DNA from: Eledone cirrhosa
Lineage: Eukaryota
Length of the DNA stretch: 64,000 nucleotides
Direction: 5' to 3'
Assembly (NCBI GenBank): GCA_964016885.1
Contig: OZ024756.1
Span: 21,142,001 to 21,206,000 of the forward strand
Shown here: piece after piece, positions 56,558-64,000 of the stretch
Layout of the letters: every line of letters begins with the position of its first letter
Position numbering within the stretch: the first letter of the stretch is position 1
Made by a program: the position numbers and the translations under genes
Notes under the pieces: generated by a model
Told to the model about the DNA's origin: nothing
The model's input: the letters and a program-made list of their open reading frames with translations, nothing else
Database searches by the model: none

Positions 56558-57304
56558 CAAGCATATATGTGTCTGCGTGTGTGTACATACAAAGAGGTTA
56601 ACTTAAGTATTTGGAAAATTTGAAAGTTATAACGACTTCGCTCCAACTCATATGGTTATAATAACAGTATTTCACTATAAATTTTCACAGTGCTTCTTAA
56701 GACACCCGCTTTGTTTACACATGTATCTGTAGGATTAATATCCCTTGAAAAGACAAAATTGGTCACCAGTGGCTCTTCAGTGAAGTGAGATTTCACATGT
56801 GTGGTTCAATTCCAAGCAAGTACCTTTGTCCACTTTTGTACCGTCTCCAGGAATATGTTACCAAATCTTCTCAATATATTTAGTGATCAACAATAGTTAG
56901 GGTCTTTCGCGTTGGAATGTACCATATTACCTGAATTATCCGAAACCGTAGGCAATGTTCAGAGTTTGACTGAGGAGTTAAGACAACCCATCTTTACGTT
57001 GTATTGTCCTTTGTCTTTGCCAGATATTATCTATATACTTTATCCATTCATAGAGATGTCTAAGTATTAGAGACAAATAAGTTTTTAATTATATATATAT
57101 ATATATTTTCCTGAGTCCTGTATTTTCGTTGCTGTGGTAATGCGGCTGGACTGCCGATCGCTATATTTGATTTGCTAAGCTGTCTAAACGTATTGTTATT
57201 ACTCTGGGGTACTATCCCCATCCGAGTGCTAAAGCTACATACCGAATTTGCATTCGTTAGCTTGGCCGCAAACTAAAGCTTCGTTAATGCTGTACTAAAA
57301 TTTG

Positions 57305-57349
<45 letters not shown>

Positions 57350-57400
57350 ATTTCTAATGAATGAAACAGTTCTAGTCCTGTAGAATCTCATCTATATTAA

Positions 57401-57468
<68 letters not shown>

Positions 57469-57589
57469 AGGAACCAGTAAGACCCCCAACGGCCGAGCTC
57501 AAGCCGCCTCGCCGGCTAACTCTACTACCCTAAGTATTGAGTACTTTGGTGCGTTATGGTCCACCTGGTTCCTTACCACATTTCCATCG

Positions 57590-57639
<50 letters not shown>

Positions 57640-57765
57640 AGATGATGTCATCAGTTTGATATGTAACCTGGCCACCGAAATGTGTTTTCAGAAATGTGTT
57701 TGCAGATATAAACATTTGAAGGAATTCAATCTATCAGGTCTCCTGTCATTTTACTCCATAATATA

Positions 57766-57813
<48 letters not shown>

Positions 57814-58169
57814 TAGCGAAACAAACGGTTACTAAACAATTTTCTAAATAAATTAAAAAATGATTAAATAATCACCTGTTCAGATGCTGTTACCGACGGT
57901 TTCATCATTCCAAAAGATTGGAAATCCAACGAATTTCCAATGGAAAGAAATGAATCTTCAGGCAGCCCTATTTCCACGCTATAAGGTATAGCAAGTAAAT
58001 ATTATGCTCCCTGCCCAACGCATGCGGTCAAGCCGTTAAAGTGACACACACGCAAATCAGGTCGCTGATAAAAGCTGGATATTATAAACATGTCGAATTG
58101 CCACTAAAATTAGCGGCAACTTGAATATTTCTACAGATACATTGTACCTGTTGAAGTATCCATCCACTT

Positions 58170-58226
<57 letters not shown>

Positions 58227-58523
58227 GAATAATTTAAGGAAGTTTCGTTTACATATGAAAAATATTTATTGCGTATCGATCTGTTACGCGCGTTTCGCAG
58301 AGGATTGGCTCAAGGTGACCCATATGAGTTATGAACCCGACTCCAGTATCAATCTGCTCGTCAATCAAATCCAATGCCTTCGCACTCCTGTTAAAAGGAA
58401 GTCTTCACCGATTTGTGTTTGGTTTTGGTCATGTTAAAAGTGTAGCCGACTCATCACATTTGACCAATTGTGGGTTGGTGAGAACCCATATCTTTCCCAC
58501 TCTCTCCATCTCTTTCTCTCCCT

Positions 58524-58602
<79 letters not shown>

Positions 58603-58787
58603 TCTCTCTCTCTCTATATATATATATTATATATATATATATATTTATGTGAATGAGTATGTTGGTGTCCCTGAATTGTGCAACGTAGGTGGTAAAAAGT
58701 CGTCAAATTCTCGACTATGCAAATGCAAGCACATACATACACACTCGCTCATCACACACACATACACAACAAGACATATGCGTATTA

Positions 58788-58829
<42 letters not shown>

Positions 58830-58894
58830 GAGAGACACACATGCACACGAGAGAGAGAGTCACACACATACGAGAGAGAGAGCGAGAGAGAGAG

Positions 58895-58971
<77 letters not shown>

Positions 58972-59268
58972 AAGTAGGTATGTGTGTAAAGAGAAGTATG
59001 ACTAGATACATGGTTTGTATTAGGCTCTGTCTAAAGTTATGGTATTTTTCCTTAAAAATCTCTCGCCTCTCTCAACACAATTGATATATTTGCCTTTTTC
59101 TTTAAAACGAATATCTATCTCAACAAAAATTATTTCTTTCAAGTTAACATTCCACGCCAGACATAATATACTGAGAATGTGAAAGACTAGATATTTTACA
59201 AGACTTTACAGCATCATTATTATTATTATTATTATTATTTTTTTTTTTCAATGGTGCTTTTTAAAATA

Positions 59269-59584
<316 letters not shown>

Positions 59585-61288
59585 ATACACTCCACACAAT
59601 ATATCTGTAGTGCCGAGTCTCACAGTCTTATATTCCTCTATATTGTATATAGATGTGTGTAATTTTTAGGATATTTCTCATGTATTTCATCAACTACATG
59701 GAGGTTTCGAGATGCGACGTGTGTTGATAAGTCGGTATGTGCTGAGTTAATGACCCTAAATAGATATATTGTACTTAAACAAACCGCAATATCGACGTTG
59801 TGAACAAATTTCTCGACAGTCAGCAGGTGTTTCTGTTATCTAGCCTGCCTACAACATAGTTGTATCTAAATCGGAGATTTTTTGTTTTTTTTATGTTCGT
59901 GTGTATTTCAATGATAGGGTCTTCCACTTATTCCAGTGACAGGAGACACAATTTGAACCATGAACGCAAAGAACCGGAACAGATAAAATGAGATCGATGT
60001 TGTAAATTTTTCAAATAATCAATATTTACCTCAGTGTTTTTTGTTTTACTCAGGAGCACAGAGAGTCTGTATAAATTTGGTTCGTAAGTGTTTTTTATTT
60101 TGTCGTCGTTAGTTAAATTCGTCTTTAACGGATACATAGTCACAGTTGAAGTCTTGATTAAAGTTTAGAGCTAGGCATCTGTAATGTGATCAGGCGCTCA
60201 AAGTCCTAGAAATATCGGGTAAATGTGACCGGTGGAAGCTCAACTCTTGAACTTTTGTCGCTGGCATGTGTGACAATATTCTGGCAAATACTCTGGGTGT
60301 CGATAAAATCAATCAAGAAATATTTTCTCGGGTGCTTTCAGGTTTGTGTGTATGTGTATGGGGTAAGTTATAGACAACTTCCAAGCGTCTTTGGACTGGC
60401 AATGCTAATGGGGTCGGATATGGGGCGGAGTATTGTCGATTCGGAATAAATTCTTCAGAAACGGCAGGGACATCAGCCCAGTTCTCCCCGAGGTGCGTGA
60501 AGCATAACGAAAACTGTTCGAATATGTGACATGTTCAGTGACAGGTGAAGTTCTGTCAAAATGGCGTTTACCACGTGTAGTGAAGTCCATCGTAAAAAAT
60601 ATTACCACGTGTCGACAAGTCCACTGTAAAGATGTTATCGTAAAGAGATTATCGTAAAGAGATAGCGTGTAGCTAAGTATATCATAAAAACCACGTGCTA
60701 CCAACGAATGGCAGTCAGTTTACCTTTGTCTGGTGTCTATGGCATGAGAGATAATATGGCGAGACGACAGAATTGAAGAAATACAGAAATTTTATTCTTT
60801 GGCCAAGCCCTTATCGACTTTTTTCAAGTACCACTTGAAGAGAAAGCTTAGGGTTCTAGTCATCGGTAAATTGGCTGAAGGTTGGGAGAGAGTGTCGAGA
60901 CTGGGTGTAGATGGACGGTTCCCTTTTCAAATTTTATTTGTAATATCATATCAAGGAGAAAAGCACTTGTCTTAATATTGAAGATAATTTAAGGATTTGT
61001 GGGGTGCTCGAATTTAAACTTGATGGTTGCCCCGTTTTTGGGAAGAAAGCATTTGCACCAATATTGAAGATAATTTGGGATTTGTCGAGTAGTCGATGAA
61101 ACAGTTGTAGTCCTGTAAAAGTCATTCCCATATAAAATAAAGATGCTTAAACTCTACCAACGTATCAAGTACCTTCTTTAACAGTGGTCACCTCCCGATC
61201 CACTTCGGGAATATATATATATATGTATATATATATATACACACATACATACTTATTTCTCTCTCACTCTCTCTCTCTCTCTCTCTCT

Positions 61289-61363
<75 letters not shown>

Positions 61364-61378
61364 AAGACACACAGATAT

Positions 61379-61415
<37 letters not shown>

Positions 61416-61779
61416 CGTGTGTATATCTGTGTGTCTTTATGTATACACGCGCGCGTGTGTGTGTGTGTATCTATGTGCCATTGTGTATACGTGTGTGTAT
61501 GCGTCCTTGTGTGTATGTGTGTATATATGACTGCGTAATATTTATGTTGTCGTTGTTTTAGACATATCTAATCAACATTGCTGCCGCTAAGAGGAGAAAA
61601 CAAAGGAAGACAGGGTTAGGGGGCCGCCGCCATAAAAGCGACAAGTGTGAGAAATAAGGTTCAAAAGAAGGACCCTATTCTGTATTAAATAATGCTACTG
61701 TTGCTGATACTGGAATAAGAATGATATATGTGGACATGTTTAGAGTTAAACACTGACAGAGAATGAGAATACGAATAAC

Positions 61780-62950
61780 ATACACATACACACATACACA
61801 GACACACATGCTGACTGATACATGTGCACACACATACACACACACTCACATACACAGACACATACACAGACACACATGCTGACTGATACATGTGCACACA
61901 CATACACACATACACACACACATACACAGACACACATGCTAACTGATACATGTGCACACACATACACACATACACAGACACTCACAGACACATACACAGA
62001 CACACATGCTAACTGATACATGTGCACACACATACACACATACACACACACTCACAGACACATACACAGACACACATGCTAACTGACACATACACACATA
62101 CACACAAACACAGACACATACACAGACACACATGCTAACTGACACACATACACACAAACACAGACACATACACAGACACACATGCTAACTGACACACACT
62201 CACAGACACATACACAGATACACATGCAAACTGACACATACACACATACACACATACACACACACTCACAGACACATACACAGACACACATGCTGATACA
62301 TGTGCACACACATAGACACATAAACACATACACACACACACTCACAGACACATACACACACACACATGCAAACTGATACATGTGCACACACATACACACA
62401 TACACACACACATACACAGACACACATGCAAACTGATACATGTGCACACACATACACACATACACACATACACACAGACACAGACACATACACACATGCA
62501 AACTGATACATGTGCACACGCATACACACATACACACATACACAGACCCACATGCAAACTGATACATGTGCACACACGTCCACACACACACATATACACA
62601 TACATACACACACTCACAGACACATACACAGACACACATGCAAACTGATACATGTGCACACACGTCCACACATATAGACACACGTCCACACACATATGCA
62701 CACACGTCCACACACATATGCACACACGTCCACACACATAGACACACACGTCCACACACTTATGCACACACGTCCACTCACATAGACACACACGTCCGCA
62801 CACATAGACACACACGTCCACACACTCACCGACACACAGACAGACACATATCCACACATGCCCACAAACACACACGCACACCAGCACACATTTATATATA
62901 GAGATAGCCACACGTATACACCCACACATACACACATACACACATACACG
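61780..62950. repeat. CA-rich minisatellite with 'catgc(t/a)aactgatacatgtgc' punctuation
   Basis: Direct inspection. Confidence 0.92.
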
Positions 62951-63132
62951 ACCACATACCAACAATAACAACAACAATAACAATCAACAAAGCGTGATGT
63001 GAAATTGTGACGATGATGATGTTGATGATATGTGTATACGTGTATCTATGCGTGTGTATACACACACACGCACACATACACATAGACACACACACAGACA
63101 CACACACAGACACACAGACACACACACACACA

Positions 63133-63174
<42 letters not shown>

Positions 63175-63257
63175 AAGGAAAAAAGAAACAAACACAAGAT
63201 GATGCATCAACATAAAGTCGTATTAGTTTTATGCTTCAAAGAAAGAGAGTGACTTAG

Positions 63258-63290
63258 TCAACGTATCGGGCATTTGGCCTTCATCAGGAA
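63258..63290 (-). ncRNA. Decayed minimal HHR
   Basis: Minus strand: CTGATGA-AGGC-CAAAT-GCCC-GATAC-GTTG (GAAA mutated to GATA). Confidence 0.5.
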
Positions 63291-63421
63291 AAATTCAAAA
63301 GGAGAAGTGCAAAGGAAATAAAAATAAAAAAGATTGTTTTTAGATAAAATTAGGAAGAAAATAATAAAGAGAGAGGGGAGAAAGGGTAATAGTGATGGTT
63401 GGGGGGTGTTGTGTCCGGCGT

Positions 63422-63487
<66 letters not shown>

Positions 63488-63498
63488 TATGATAACAT

Positions 63499-63566
63499 CT
63501 CTGTCTGATGAACGATCCAGACGTATATTAATATTGTTTAGGTTCCTGAAACGTTCTGTAATGGAG
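63499..63566 (+). ncRNA. Type I HHR with long helix II, intact core
   Basis: CTCTGT-CTGATGA-ACGATCCAGAC GTATATTAATATT GTTTAGGTTCCT-GAAA-CGTTCTG-TA-ATGGAG. Helix I is 6 bp with G-U pairs and the triplet is GUA. Confidence 0.78.
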
Positions 63567-64000
63567 TAGTTATATATTGTGTTGTTCACTTTCTAATTAA
63601 ATAGCTCTGTTGTATACATAGAGCACTCTTTTTTCCTTTGCTTTTTCTTCAGAATTACCTAACACACACATATATATTAATATCTTACTTTCTTCTCGCC
63701 TTTTTCCTTCCTTTGTTTGAGTCTCACGTTGCTATAAAAAGCTGAATACCTTCTCTTAGTCGTCACAAATTCTATGTGTACATGTGGCTTAATTGCTATA
63801 CGTTATTGTTTTGTGGACCAGCAGTACCGTCGATAGGGGTCAAAACTGCCAGATCCCCATCTCGACAGCTGAAGACCTTGTGGTGGGTGCTCATAGCTTA
63901 AGGTTTCTCGAATAATCTGCCCAAGTTACAGATTCGTTTAATAATCTCTCTGTGTGGGCATTGAACAATGAAAATAAAACAAAAGTTGGAGATATAACGA

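Noticed and set aside
63869-63910. CTGAAGA-CCTT...AAGG as an HHR
   Set aside because: It is followed by TTTC rather than GAAA, so the core is incomplete.

Overview
AT-rich, repeat-saturated animal genomic DNA, intergenic or intronic. The SINE/LINE/MITE types and the (TA)n/(CA)n load suggest a coleoid cephalopod, probably Octopus (inference). I found no intact protein-coding gene; almost every ORF in the track is a microsatellite translation artefact. The window holds large simple and minisatellite arrays, about 20 copies or fragments of two tRNA-derived SINE families, decayed LINE 3' ends (R4/Dong-type RLE, RTE, CR1, probably Tx1), non-autonomous RTE derivatives, and Tc1/mariner and piggyBac MITEs. 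The most striking signal is invisible in the ORF track: about a dozen intact or near-intact type I hammerhead ribozyme (HHR) motifs (CUGANGA...GAAA...NUH with helices I-III) and a dozen more decayed ones, from many unrelated sequence families. They sit in 50-400 bp non-coding units embedded in (TA)n tracts. Many of these units form fold-back palindromes that pivot at or near the ribozyme core. This looks like a diverse population of Penelope-like (pLTR) or retrozyme-like mini-retroelements. A second system is a SINE that shares its 3' tail with an R4/Dong-type LINE, targets AAT/ATT motifs, forms multimers, and repeatedly occupies the same site in another small element. All calls were made by eye; no search or folding program was run.
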